This document shows positions 17,270 to 26,794 of a DNA stretch of 64,000 bases, one piece after another. The DNA is from Dehalococcoidia bacterium (GTDB lineage Bacteria; Chloroflexota; Dehalococcoidia; UBA2979), in the NCBI GenBank assembly GCA_965247925.1, contig CBDFIB010000004.1:1051430-1115429 (forward strand). Direction: 5' to 3'. Numbering within the stretch: the stretch's first letter is position 1; every line of letters begins with the position of its first letter. The notes below the pieces were generated by a model that ran no database searches, was not told where the DNA came from, and saw only the letters and a list, made by a program, of their open reading frames with translations. Position numbers and translations under genes: made by a program.

Positions 17270-17399
17270 CTACGCGATCCACTGTCGCTACGAGACGCTC
17301 CATCCGTTCACGGACGGCAACGGGCGCTCGGGGCGGGCGCTCTGGCTGTGGATGATGGGCGGCCTCGACGGTGCGCCACTCGGGTTCCTGCACCACTGA
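17270..17399 (+). pseudogene. Fic domain protein C-terminal fragment
   Basis: ETLHPFTDGNGRSGRALWLWMM contains the Fic motif HPFxDGNGRxxR; begins right at the intron 3' junction. Confidence 0.65.
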
Positions 17400-17455
17400 T
17401 ACTACCAGTCGCTCGATGCTGCGCACCGCACGCCTCCGGACGGGAGGCGCACCCC

Positions 17456-17725
17456 ATGACCGAGCAGGGCCACGACGGCGCCTTCCTGCGCCTCACCACC
17501 CCGCAGTGGCCGCGCGCCATCCCCGTGCCACTCCCGAGCGGCGGCGAGCCGCCCCCGCTCGACGCCGCCTCGCTCGACGACCTCGCGCAGTGGGTCACCG
17601 TGGTCTTCGACTCCGCCACCTTCGGCGAGATCCTCGAGCGCGCCGAACGCCAGAGCATCGCGCGCTGGAACGAGCAGATGCGGCGGCTCGTCGACGAGTA
17701 CCGCGACCGGCCGCCGCCGGTGTGA
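17456..17725 (+). CDS. hypothetical protein (89 aa)
   Basis: ATG preceded by GGGAGG; GC3-rich; no family recognised. Confidence 0.4.
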   Translation: MTEQGHDGAFLRLTTPQWPRAIPVPLPSGGEPPPLDAASLDDLAQWVTVVFDSATFGEILERAERQSIARWNEQMRRLVDEYRDRPPPV

Positions 17726-17736
17726 GGGCGACCGGC

Positions 17737-18339
17737 TCAGCGCGTCGATGCCTCGGAGTGGGCGGCCTCTGCGGCTTCATCGCCGGAGTCGCGCTCCCAC
17801 AGGAGATAGATGGTCCCAGCAAGGACTACGGCGCCGACGGCGAGCACGATCAGGCGCACAATGTTGAGCACGTCCCCCGCGTCACGCGCGACTCCGGGTA
17901 GCTGGGCGAAGAACAGAATATTGAGTTGCTCGACGGACCCGACCGGCCCGGAGACCAGCACCAGCAGGAGACCACCCAGCAGGATCCCGGGGGCGAGGGC
18001 TCTCCAGGTTCGCGAGAGCGCAGCGCCAACCACCAAGAAGATGATCCCAACCCCGACATGAATGGTCCCCGCCACTGCAGCGCGCCTGGTGAAATCAGTG
18101 GTCGCCTCTGCGATCTCCTGCTGCGACGCATCGAACGAATAGTTCGCGTTCCCAAGCAACCCGTTGGACGTCGTCGTGGCTTCTATCACCAGCGCCAGCA
18201 GCACAACACCGAGAGCGATCTGCGCAGATCTCAACGCCAGGATCGCGGTGCCGCCAAGCCGGTCGGCGAACAGCACCGCGGCGATGACGACGCCGATCAC
18301 GATCCCGGACCCCAAGGCGCTCGCGTCGACGATGCCCAT
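17737..18339 (-). CDS. hypothetical integral membrane protein (about 5 TM segments)
   Basis: 200-aa ORF with repeated hydrophobic stretches and somewhat lower GC than its surroundings. Confidence 0.6.
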   Translation of the reverse strand: MGIVDASALGSGIVIGVVIAAVLFADRLGGTAILALRSAQIALGVVLLALVIEATTTSNGLLGNANYSFDASQQEIAEATTDFTRRAAVAGTIHVGVGIIFLVVGAALSRTWRALAPGILLGGLLLVLVSGPVGSVEQLNILFFAQLPGVARDAGDVLNIVRLIVLAVGAVVLAGTIYLLWERDSGDEAAEAAHSEASTR

Positions 18340-18535
18340 TACTCAACTCTCCTCGGCGTGGACAGCAGTATATAGCGCGGGCAACCCGGAGGTGCTGCTA
18401 GGACGGCCTCACCCGCGTAGACAGCTGAGCAGATGTGCTACGCTGGTCGCGGGCTCCCCAGCCTCCCTGGACAGGCGCGACGAAGCCTATGTCCAGTCAC
18501 GTCCTCAAGCCCTCCGCCCGGCCAGGCTGCCTGCC

Positions 18536-18934
18536 GTGAGCGCACGCGCGCCGGTGCGCCCCCGTCTCGTGCCGGGCTGCGGCACGCGCATCCGTCACGG
18601 CTCGCGGTGCGCCCAGCACGCCGTCCGCCGCGACAGGAGCTACGCCGCGCGCCGGCGCCGCGACGCCGCGATCGCGCGCTCGCGCTGCGCACACTGCGGC
18701 GCGCCGGCCGAGGAGCTGGACCACGTCGTGCCCCTCAGCCGCGGCGGCAGCGAGCACCCGGACAACCTGCAGGCGCTCTGCACGCCTTGCCACCGGGCGA
18801 AGACGAGGAGCGAGCGCCGGAAGGCAGGGGCGGGGTCAAAACATCCGCACGCAGCGGCCACCGAGACCGCTGCTCGCGGAGTGGGGCAGACGGCACTACG
18901 TGAACGCAGATCTGCAACGAGCAGGTCAGGATGA
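18536..18934 (+). CDS. HNH endonuclease
   Basis: CAHCGAPAEELDHVVPLSRGGSEHPDNLQALCTPCHRAKT; start (GTG 18536) uncertain, and the upstream part of the track ORF looks non-coding. Confidence 0.6.
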   Translation: MSARAPVRPRLVPGCGTRIRHGSRCAQHAVRRDRSYAARRRRDAAIARSRCAHCGAPAEELDHVVPLSRGGSEHPDNLQALCTPCHRAKTRSERRKAGAGSKHPHAAATETAARGVGQTALRERRSATSRSG

Positions 18935-19199
18935 AGCGGGCGGGTCTCCCCGCCTGCGCGGGTACGCCCCGGGAGCGACTCGTAGGAGTGAAGACTGAGA
19001 CGCCCGCACGTTGCGGCAGGTCCGTCTCAAGCTGTACGCCCTGCATGGCAGAGCCGCCTTTGATGCATACATCGATCGCAAAGACGTCCAGCGTTGCGTG
19101 GCCTCGATCACCAGCGGGTGGGACACGAACGGTGGATGCGCAGATCACCGAGGTTCGGCATGAGGTACTTCGTGCAAAAGGCAGGCGTAGTCACGCGCG

Positions 19200-19532
19200 T
19201 TACTCGGCTGCGGCCGGGGCCGCCAGGGGGAGCGGCACGCGAACGCGGTTGCCGGAGGCGTCGCGGACCCGCACCTCGACCTCGGCATCGACGGCGCTGA
19301 GCAGCCGGCTCACGGTCTCCCAGCTGGGGTGCACCCTGGCGGCCTCGATGCGGGAGATCTCGGACTGCGTCATGCCGATCCGGCGCGCCAGCTCGCGCTG
19401 CGAAAGCCCGGTGGCCGCGCGCAGTGCGATCAGCATGCTCGCCAGGTCGTAGCGCGGCGAAGCGGCGTCGTACGCCGCCCGCGTCGCCGGGTCTTCCAGC
19501 AGCTTGGCGCGCAGCTCCTTCCAGTCGCTCAT
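19200..19532 (-). CDS. XRE-family HTH antitoxin (HigA-like)
   Basis: GLSQRELARRIGMTQSEISRIE HTH; ATG preceded by GGAGGAGGG. Confidence 0.7.
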   Translation of the reverse strand: MSDWKELRAKLLEDPATRAAYDAASPRYDLASMLIALRAATGLSQRELARRIGMTQSEISRIEAARVHPSWETVSRLLSAVDAEVEVRVRDASGNRVRVPLPLAAPAAAE

Positions 19533-19606
19533 GGTTGTTCCCTCCTCCGCCCGAGCCACGTCGCCCGACGCGCTGTGGCGACCTCGATCTCGCGGCGTGG
19601 CGTCCG

Positions 19607-19872
19607 CTAGGTCCGCTTCGTGAAGCCGGGGAGCAGCCCGAACGTCCGCCGGAACCAGTGGAAGTAGATCACGCGGTAGCTGCGGGCGCGTCTCGCGCCC
19701 GCAGCTCCCAGAGACCGTCACCGAGCGAGCGGGCATGCGGCATAGCCAGCGTGGGATCGTGCGCCTCCAACAGGTCGATGACGTGCGCGACCTCTGCCCG
19801 CGCGTCGGCGCTCAGACCGAGAACCCACTCATCGACCGGCCGCTGGCCGGTGTCTGAGATGAAGGTCCTGAC
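19607..19872 (-). pseudogene. Gp49/HigB-like (RelE superfamily) toxin, frameshifted and lacking a start codon
   Basis: Minus strand reads ...FISDTGQRPVDEWVLGLSADARAEV...LGDGLWELRAR, then needs a frame change to continue YRVIYFHWFRRTFGLLPGFTKRT*. Confidence 0.55.
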
Positions 19873-20423
19873 ATTCCAAGCCCTGTGAGAGAGATAGCAT
19901 ATATGCGTTCACCCGGCAACAGCACTTCTGCTATCGGGACAGTTCGCCCCGAACAGCGCCCCGTGGCTCGCTGCCGGCGTCGGTGCCGTGCGGCCGTGGT
20001 GGGAGCTCGCGCCAGGCTTCTTTGATGACGAGTCGGCTCGGGCTCGGGGCCGAGCATAGCGCAGCGTGGTCCGCTCCGTACACCCGTGCTAGCATCATCC
20101 ACCGCAGCGAGCATCGTGCCCGTGTACACGATCGAGCGCCCCGGCACGACCTGCTGGAAGGCGACCCGGTTGCGATCGCCGCTCGCGCGCAACGCCACTG
20201 CGCGCCGGCGCCGGCGTTCCGGTCACGGGCTGGCTGGCTCGGCCGTGGTGCGGTTCAGCCCGTCCGCCGGCGACGACGTGGCCGGGGGAGGATCCGCAGT
20301 TCGGCGCCGTCGATCGCAAGCGGCAACCACGGGGGAACGCGAACGGCCCCGTTGCAGTAGCGGCGCGATGTTGGTCGCTACCCTCATTGTAGCCCGATCG
20401 TACAGGTGTGCTAATGTCGGTTC

Positions 20424-20747
20424 ATGATCGCGCGCCTTCGGGCCGCTGAAGAGGATGGGATCGGACTTCGCACGAGCGCCATCGTCGTCGCTCAGGTGTG
20501 GCGCGATCCGGCTGGACGCCAGGCGCGATTGGCGCACCTGCTTCGCGCTGTGGACATCCGCGATGTGGATGATCGGCTTGCGCGCGATGCCGGCGTCCTG
20601 CTTGGACGGGCAGGCGCCGCCGACCCGATCGACGCGACCGTGGTCCTCGTCGCGGAGAGCGGCGATCACATTCTCACCAGCGACCCCGGCGACCTGCGCC
20701 GCCTCGCCGACACCGCCGGCGTGCGTGTTGCCGTGGTCGCCTGCTGA
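20424..20747 (+). CDS. PIN domain protein (VapC-like), apparently N-terminally truncated
   Basis: C-terminal ...DATVVLVAESGDHILTSDPGDLRRL typical of PIN toxins; the first acidic motif is missing and an in-frame stop lies just upstream. Confidence 0.45.
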   Translation: MIARLRAAEEDGIGLRTSAIVVAQVWRDPAGRQARLAHLLRAVDIRDVDDRLARDAGVLLGRAGAADPIDATVVLVAESGDHILTSDPGDLRRLADTAGVRVAVVAC

Positions 20748-21620
20748 CCGATCGCGGGGGCTCCTCCACGCGCGGAAAGGGTTGGCGATTGTCTGCCTGA
20801 CGCAGGAGGTGATGGCCTGCGGCCGCCTGCGTCCGGCTCCAGCGCGTCTCCGGCGGCTACCTCGCGCAGCAGGCTGAGTTCACGGGGCTGCGCCGCGAAT
20901 TCCCGGAGTGGAACGCCCGGCCTCATCCCGACGGACTACTACTGGCGGATGGTCTCGGCGTCTGGAGCGATCGTGCATCGCGACGATCTTCCGATGCTGC
21001 GCCTGATTGACCCGGCCGGCCAGGAATCGCGCCCTATCCCCGCCGACCTGGACCTCGAGGCCCTGTTCGCGGCCGCGGCGGCCGACATCTGCGAGGCGCA
21101 CAATCAGCCGCCTTCGCGCCCCAACCCGCCGGCGAGCCAGCGCTGGGCGCTCAACGACATCCTGAGCGCACCGGACGCGCCCGCAGGAGACCCCTACAAT
21201 TCGCCGCCGACGTGCTGTCCGTCCCCCAGGGCGCACTCGTGCGGCGGGCCCTGTCTGAGCTGCGGCGCGAGTACGGCTAAGGCGGGATGAGCTTGCGTGA
21301 GGCGGCAAGCGAGCCGCCTGCGGCGCGCGCGAGCGCGAACGGAACGAGTGCTGGCGGGGTCCGGAGCGATTCGCGGCCTGCCGTCCGCCAGCACGACGGC
21401 GCAGCGCCGGAGGCGATCGGCTCCGCGCAACCGGCGGGCAGGGCGGGAACGCACACACCGCTGTCCCCTTCAGCACGCTGGCTCGCGCGCGCACGGCAGC
21501 GCTGGGGCGAGCCCGGCGGCGGAGAGCTGCGCGAAACGACGATGCTGGAGGCGCTCGGCGTGAGCGACTGGGAGGAGGCCGTGGAGCGCTGGGGCGACTT
21601 CGAGTCGATTGGGATGCAGT

Positions 21621-21665
21621 TGCTCGCTCGCTGGGCCGGCCGCGACAGCACGTGATGAGGGCAAC
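21621..21665 (+). repeat. Imperfect direct repeat, left copy
   Basis: TGCTCGCTCGCTGGGCCGGCCGCGACAGCACGTGATGAGGGCAAC versus 23432..23477 (about 45 of 52 aligned positions). Confidence 0.7.
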
Positions 21666-21804
21666 CGGCGTTGGCATGCGCAGACGAGGGGACGGCAGCA
21701 GGCGCGCGCTCTGGTCCAGACCGGGAGCCACTGCTGACGCTTGTGCAGTACAGCTACAAGGCGCGCGCTCGCGCTCAGTGCGTGTGCGGAGGCGGCGGGT
21801 CGGC

Positions 21805-22035
21805 GACGCCGCCATGGCGGAGCTCGGGCGTCAGCTGCGCTACAAGTGCGAGTGGTACGGCTCGCAGCTGCTGGAGGCGGACGGCTGGTTCCCGTCGTCG
21901 AAGCGCTGCTGCGGGTGCGGCGAGCGCAACGGCGAGCTTGGCTGGGAGAGTAGCTGGCGCTGCCCGGGATGCGGCGCCCGCCACGACCGCGACGAGAACG
22001 CGGCAGTCAATCTCGCCCGCTACGAGCGGGCGGGC
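21805..22035 (+). pseudogene. tnpB: TnpB (IS605 OrfB family) C-terminal fragment
   Basis: LRYKCEWYGSQLLEADGWFPSSKRCCGCG...WRCPGCGARHDRDENAAVNL = RuvC-III plus zinc finger; nothing TnpB-like upstream. Confidence 0.7.
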
Positions 22036-22087
22036 CTGAGCCCAGTTGGGTCCGATCAACACCTGTCTCGGCATGGCTCGCCGGATC

Positions 22088-23353
22088 CTAGCGGCGCGGG
22101 ACGCGCCTGCTCGCCTCCGAGACGAGCGTGTCCCCTTCGGGGCTGGCGAGCTGCCGCTCCAGCGCCGTGAACGCCTCGATGAGCGCGGGCGCCTCGAACG
22201 CACGGTTTCGCCGCCCGACCGTCAGCTGCTTGAGGATGTCGGCCTCCACGAGCCGGTCGACCGCCTGGCTCGTCGCCTGGAACGAGCGTCCAATCAAGTC
22301 TGATGCCGTGGTGGCCGTCAGCAGTGGCGCGGCCGGCAATGCGCGAAGGAGCAGATCAGCCGCAGAGCCGCGGCGCACCGTGCCGAGCCGCTCGCGCCAT
22401 GAGTCCTGCAGCGCACGCACCTGCTCCTCGAAGCGCCCGGCGTCCTCGGTGGCGCGCCGGCATGCGCTCGCGAAGAGCGCGACCCAGCGGTTGATGCCGG
22501 TGAGGGCCTCTTCGGAATCGGGCGCGCCCTCGTGGCGCGTCGCCGAGAGTGCGCCGACGTAGGCGCGCGGCCACGTGGCCAGGATCAGCGAGATTGGTGG
22601 AAGGATGCGCGGCGCGAGTCCGCGTCGTCTCAGTATCAGGTGGAGCAGCGCGCGTCCGGTGCGCCCGTTCCCGTCGACGAAGGGATGGATCGTCTCGAAC
22701 TGTGCGTGGGCAATGGCAGCCTGCGCGACGGCAGGCAGGGAGTCGTCGTTGGAGAACGCGCAGAGATCGGACAATAACTCGGGGACCAGCTCGTGCGGCG
22801 GTGGCACGAAGGCCGCTGCGCAGGGATTGTAGTCACTGCCGCCAATCCAGTTCTGGACCGTACGGGTGTGGCCCCCGTGCTCCGCGAGGCGCGTCCCGGC
22901 GAGCAGGCGGCGATGCGCCTCGAGCACGATCTGCTCGGTGATCGCTCCGGCGGGCGGTACCGCCTCCACGGCCCAGAGCATCGCCTCGATGTTCCCGAGC
23001 ACCTCCACGGCGGTGATGTCGCGCGGGTCCTCTCCGAGCTGACGGGCGGCCTGGGCGCGGAGGAGCCGTCGGCCACCCACCTCCAGCCCCTCGATCCGCG
23101 AGGAGGCCACCGCTTCAGCGCGCAGCAACAGCCGGGCAAGCGCCTCGGTGTCGGCGAGCGCGCCGGCGGTAGCGTCGAGCCGGACGAGCGCCGCCTCGGC
23201 GTCCGCGACATCGGCCGCGACATCGCCGTCGAGCATAAACCGCCGACCGACGAGAGGGTCGGGAATGTAGACTGCGTAGTCACAGGGGCGGCGCTCGCGG
23301 CGTGTCTGGCCGCTCGCGTCCCCGCCCCAGCGGCGCGCTTCCAACCGGGCCAT
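22088..23353 (-). CDS. Fic family protein (Fic_N, Fic core, C-terminal winged-helix-like tail)
   Basis: HPFVDGNGRTGRALLHLIL motif; ATG at 23353 sits 7 nt after AAGGAGG (track start 23371 is a TTG inside the RBS). Confidence 0.85.
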   Translation of the reverse strand: MARLEARRWGGDASGQTRRERRPCDYAVYIPDPLVGRRFMLDGDVAADVADAEAALVRLDATAGALADTEALARLLLRAEAVASSRIEGLEVGGRRLLRAQAARQLGEDPRDITAVEVLGNIEAMLWAVEAVPPAGAITEQIVLEAHRRLLAGTRLAEHGGHTRTVQNWIGGSDYNPCAAAFVPPPHELVPELLSDLCAFSNDDSLPAVAQAAIAHAQFETIHPFVDGNGRTGRALLHLILRRRGLAPRILPPISLILATWPRAYVGALSATRHEGAPDSEEALTGINRWVALFASACRRATEDAGRFEEQVRALQDSWRERLGTVRRGSAADLLLRALPAAPLLTATTASDLIGRSFQATSQAVDRLVEADILKQLTVGRRNRAFEAPALIEAFTALERQLASPEGDTLVSEASRRVPRR

Positions 23354-23431
23354 GCCAACCTCCTTATTCAAGGCTATAGCATAACCTTGAATAGCGGTCG
23401 TTGCAGTTCAAGGTTGGGTCCGCGTGGCCGC

Positions 23432-23477
23432 TGCTCGCTCGCCTGGGCCGCCGGCGACGGCACGTGATGAGGGCAAC
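23432..23477 (+). repeat. Imperfect direct repeat, right copy
   Basis: See 21621..21665. Confidence 0.7.
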
Positions 23478-23590
23478 GGGTACTGAGTCCCTCGGAAGCG
23501 TTGCCGACCGAGTCGGCGTGTGGCCGCATTTTCATTACGTGACACGGAATGTGGGCGTGGAGCGGTCGTCGGCGGTCGCCGCCGTAGCCC

Positions 23591-25180
23591 CTATCTGGCC
23601 CCCTCGTAGCCCCCCGCGAAGCCCCCTAAGCCCGAATCCACCGATCGAAGCTTGACAGGGCGGGATGCCGGGCTGGCGGAGAGTTCGGCGGGTGTGGCGG
23701 CGTTCGCCAGGCGGCGGCGCGGGCGGAGCGGAGCGAGGAGCCCTCGCTCAGCGCCGCTCGGGGGCGCTGAGGGCGCGGGCGCGAGGGTGCGCGAGGCGTG
23801 CGCGGGCATGCTGGCGCGAGCCTCGGACCCGGGGCCAGCACTGTGGGCGGGGCGTGAGGCGGGGAGCGGTAGCGCCCGTAACCGCGCGAGCGCGGCTGTC
23901 CACTGGGCGGCCCAGGGCCAGCGCTTCGGGAGGTGCAGGGTCCAGCGCCGGGCCGAGTGGGTGAGCCGTCCGGCGAGAGCGAAGTAGCGCCGCCTGAGCG
24001 TCTTCGTCGTCACGATTCCCTCGCCGAGCCCCAGCCGCGCCGTCCAGCGGGCGAGGTTGTGCGCGATCACCTGCACCGCGAGCCACGCCGCGTTCGCGGT
24101 GAAGCGGCCCGAGGGGAGATGGTTCAGCCCGACGCCGTACTTGAGATCGCGGATCGCGTTCTCGATCTCGGCGTGACGGCGATGGTCGGCCTCCAGCTCC
24201 ATCATCTCCCCGGCGCGATCGCTGATGAAGGCGTGGTAGCTATAGTTCACGAAGAGCGCGAGCTGTGAGCCGGGCGCCGGCTTGACGCGCCGCACGATGA
24301 GCCGCACCGGGGTGGCATCCTCCTTGTGCTGGAACGGCGTGTAGGTCGTCTCGGCGACATCGGCGCCGCCCGGCAGCCAGTACGGGATCGGCGTCCAGTC
24401 CTCTTCCGCTATCGCCTCGATCAGCCGGCGTACGCTCGGCTGCTGGCGAATGGTGATTGAGAAGCGGACATCCAGCGCGCGGCAGGCGGCGACGACGGCG
24501 TGGGTGTAGAAGCCACTGTCGGCGCGCATCGTGAGCTGCCCGCTCGCCCCGGCGTCGCGCACCCGCGCCACCGTCTCGCGCAGGAAGTGAGCGGCGCCGC
24601 GGCCGCTGCTCGCGCGGCCCTCGCGCAGCCGCGCCATCAGCACATCACCTGTCCCGGCCGCGACGGCGAGCAGCGGGTGATAGCCGCGCGCGCCGCTGTA
24701 GCCGGGGCGCTGCGCGCCCTCCTTGGCGAGGCCGTAGGTCTCGCAGAGCGTCGAATCGAGGTCGATCGTGAGCGGCGCGTCGCCCGGTCCCGCCCCGGCC
24801 GCCCAGCCGCGGGCGAGCAGCTCGCGGCTGAGGCGGTCGAGCTGGCGGGCGTGGCCCCAGCGGAAGCTGCGCAGGAACGTGCCGAGGGTGGACGGCGCCT
24901 TCACGGTGCAGCCGAGCACGCTCGCCGTCCCGCCTGAGCGCAACGCATCGGCGGCGGCGATGCAGTCACCGCCGGCGAGCGCCGAGGCGATGAGCGTCAT
25001 CAGCTTGTCGCCGGCGTTCGCCCGCCCCGGCGCGTCACCGAGGTCGACGCAGCTGTCGGCGAGCTCTTGCAAACCGAGATGTCCGGCGAGCGTGGCCGGG
25101 AGCAGCAGCCCCGCATCGGCCACCAGGCGGTGGTCGTCGAAGGCGATGTCTATCCGGTCGGGGTCGCTCGTTGGTAGCAT
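23591..25180 (-). CDS. IS1380 family transposase
   Basis: 529-aa ORF MLPTSDPDRIDIAFDDHRLVADAGLLLP...DSGFY...HAEIENAIRDLK. The C-terminal tail differs in frame from copy 2 and reads through the IS end. Confidence 0.85.
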   Translation of the reverse strand: MLPTSDPDRIDIAFDDHRLVADAGLLLPATLAGHLGLQELADSCVDLGDAPGRANAGDKLMTLIASALAGGDCIAAADALRSGGTASVLGCTVKAPSTLGTFLRSFRWGHARQLDRLSRELLARGWAAGAGPGDAPLTIDLDSTLCETYGLAKEGAQRPGYSGARGYHPLLAVAAGTGDVLMARLREGRASSGRGAAHFLRETVARVRDAGASGQLTMRADSGFYTHAVVAACRALDVRFSITIRQQPSVRRLIEAIAEEDWTPIPYWLPGGADVAETTYTPFQHKEDATPVRLIVRRVKPAPGSQLALFVNYSYHAFISDRAGEMMELEADHRRHAEIENAIRDLKYGVGLNHLPSGRFTANAAWLAVQVIAHNLARWTARLGLGEGIVTTKTLRRRYFALAGRLTHSARRWTLHLPKRWPWAAQWTAALARLRALPLPASRPAHSAGPGSEARASMPAHASRTLAPAPSAPPSGAERGLLAPLRPRRRLANAATPAELSASPASRPVKLRSVDSGLGGFAGGYEGAR

Positions 25181-25297
25181 CTAATGGGTGCTCCCTGTGG
25201 CTGGTACGTGATTCGGTCAAAACCATTGTCCCAGCTACAGCGGAGCACCCAACCTCAGCCGCTCGCGCGCTCTTCTTCGGTGGATTCGGGGTAAGCC
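23626..25297 (-). mobile_element. IS1380 family insertion sequence, copy 1
   Basis: Terminal repeats ...TAAGCCCGAATCCACCGATCGAAG (23626) and GGCTTACCCCGAATCCACCGAAG (reverse complement at 25297); near-identical to copy 2; ends +/-3 nt. Confidence 0.85.
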
Positions 25298-26794
25298 ATG
25301 GTCAGTGTGCTGGTAGCGGTCGCAGCCCTCGCCATCATCGGGTTGCTGTTCGCGGTGGACCCGGGCGGGGTCATCGCCGAAAGCGGCTTTCCCGACTATC
25401 GGGCGATGGACTGGCAGCAGCTGACGGCATGGGGCTTCCGAACGATAGGCGTAGTCGCAGCGCAACTGCTTATTGTCGTGCTGTGGCTGTGGCCCAGGTA
25501 CCGGCCCCCGCAGGCGCTCGAGGCGCATCAGCACCCACGGTACTCGGGGACCCCGCAGCCCGGTTCAATGCCCGCTGCGGCGGTATCTGCGCTGGACGGC
25601 CACGCGATATGGTACCCGGCGATCCTGGCCTCCATCATCGAGATGTGCCAGCGCGGCACGCTGCGAATCGAGGCCGTGGAAACGCGGGTCGGCTTCCTCT
25701 ACCGGCTGTCCCGGCAGGGTCCCACACAGCATGACTGGGAGCGGACGATATGCGACAGCCTGCCGTCGCGTTTCACAACGATTGATGCGGTGCATGAAGC
25801 GCTGAGCAAGCGCAGAGACGCCATCGGTGACCAGCTGGGAGAGTACCTGCAGCAGCGTGGCCTGTTCCATGACAACCCGGTACGAGTAAGGAGGGAGAAT
25901 CCCGGGGACGGGAGCGAATGGGCCATGCTGGCCGCGGCTCTGATGGGCGTTGGCAGCGGGCTCTGGACGGCTCTCTGGCTGGCCCAGTGGTGGGCGAACG
26001 CTCTGATCGGCGCGCTCACGGGCCTCGTTTATCTGGTCATGGCGACAGAGGTACGAACGGGCATGCTGACGCCAACGCCGGCGGGGGCACTTGAGATAAG
26101 CCGGTGGCTTGGTTTGAAAGAGATCCTGACCGGATCTGAACGGACCGGCGCTCAGGACCAATCAGATTCCATGCTGGCCTACGCCGTCGCCCTGGATGTG
26201 GCCCAGCCGTGACTCGGCGTTGCGGTCTCGGCTCCACCGTGGTTCCGATCCGACGGGGCATCCTCCGTACAGGGCGCCGACCGGGACGCGGCCTATTCCG
26301 GCTTCATGCACGCTCTGCAGTGGGGCCTGACCGGACGGTCGGGCGACGCGGCGAACGCGGCTGCGGGGCCAGGTTATGAATTAGAGCTCGAACTGCTCGA
26401 ATTGGAGTCGCCGGATACCGAGGAGGCTGCGCACCGCGGGACCACCGACGAAACTGGAGAGATTGCGCGTGAGTTGGAGGCGCAGAACAGTCCTCCGGCA
26501 GCCCCGGCGGGGGCGCTGTCGACGGAATATCAGACGCCGTGGTGGGAGGGGCCGGCTGAGGAGGCGAAAGGTGGCGGATGCCTCCGCGGGTGCCTCACAT
26601 GGATGGTAAGCACGGTGGGCATCGGGTTGCTGGTCCTGGTCGTCCTGTTCAGCCTCGACGTGGTCTCGCCGCGCGCCAAGCCGTGTCCCCTGGAATCTCC
26701 CGGGATCCCGTCGCCCGCGCAGATCGCGGTGGCCGCTGACCTGTTCCGGGATGAGTGCGTGACCTTCTCCTCGCGGGTCTCGAGGAAGACGTAG
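25298..26794 (+). pseudogene. DUF2207-like membrane protein, 5'-truncated by IS1380 and carrying an in-frame TGA
   Basis: ORFs 25298..26212 and 26306..26794 are in the same frame, separated by TGA at 26210..26212 where the family has W (..AYAVALDVAQP*LGVAVSAPPWF..). The ORF begins at the first base after the IS end. Confidence 0.6.

Noticed and set aside
20880-21815. 311-aa minus-strand ORF and overlapping plus-strand ORFs (20949..21290, 21287..21655)
   Set aside because: The 311-aa translation is Arg/Ala/Pro/Ser low complexity. The plus-strand ORFs may be real, since one ends in the direct repeat, but I recognise no family and no RBS.
26210-26212. In-frame TGA as possible selenocysteine or read-through codon
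   Set aside because: The gene is already decapitated by IS1380, the position corresponds to Trp in the family as I recall it, and I saw no obvious SECIS-like hairpin. A nonsense mutation is simpler.
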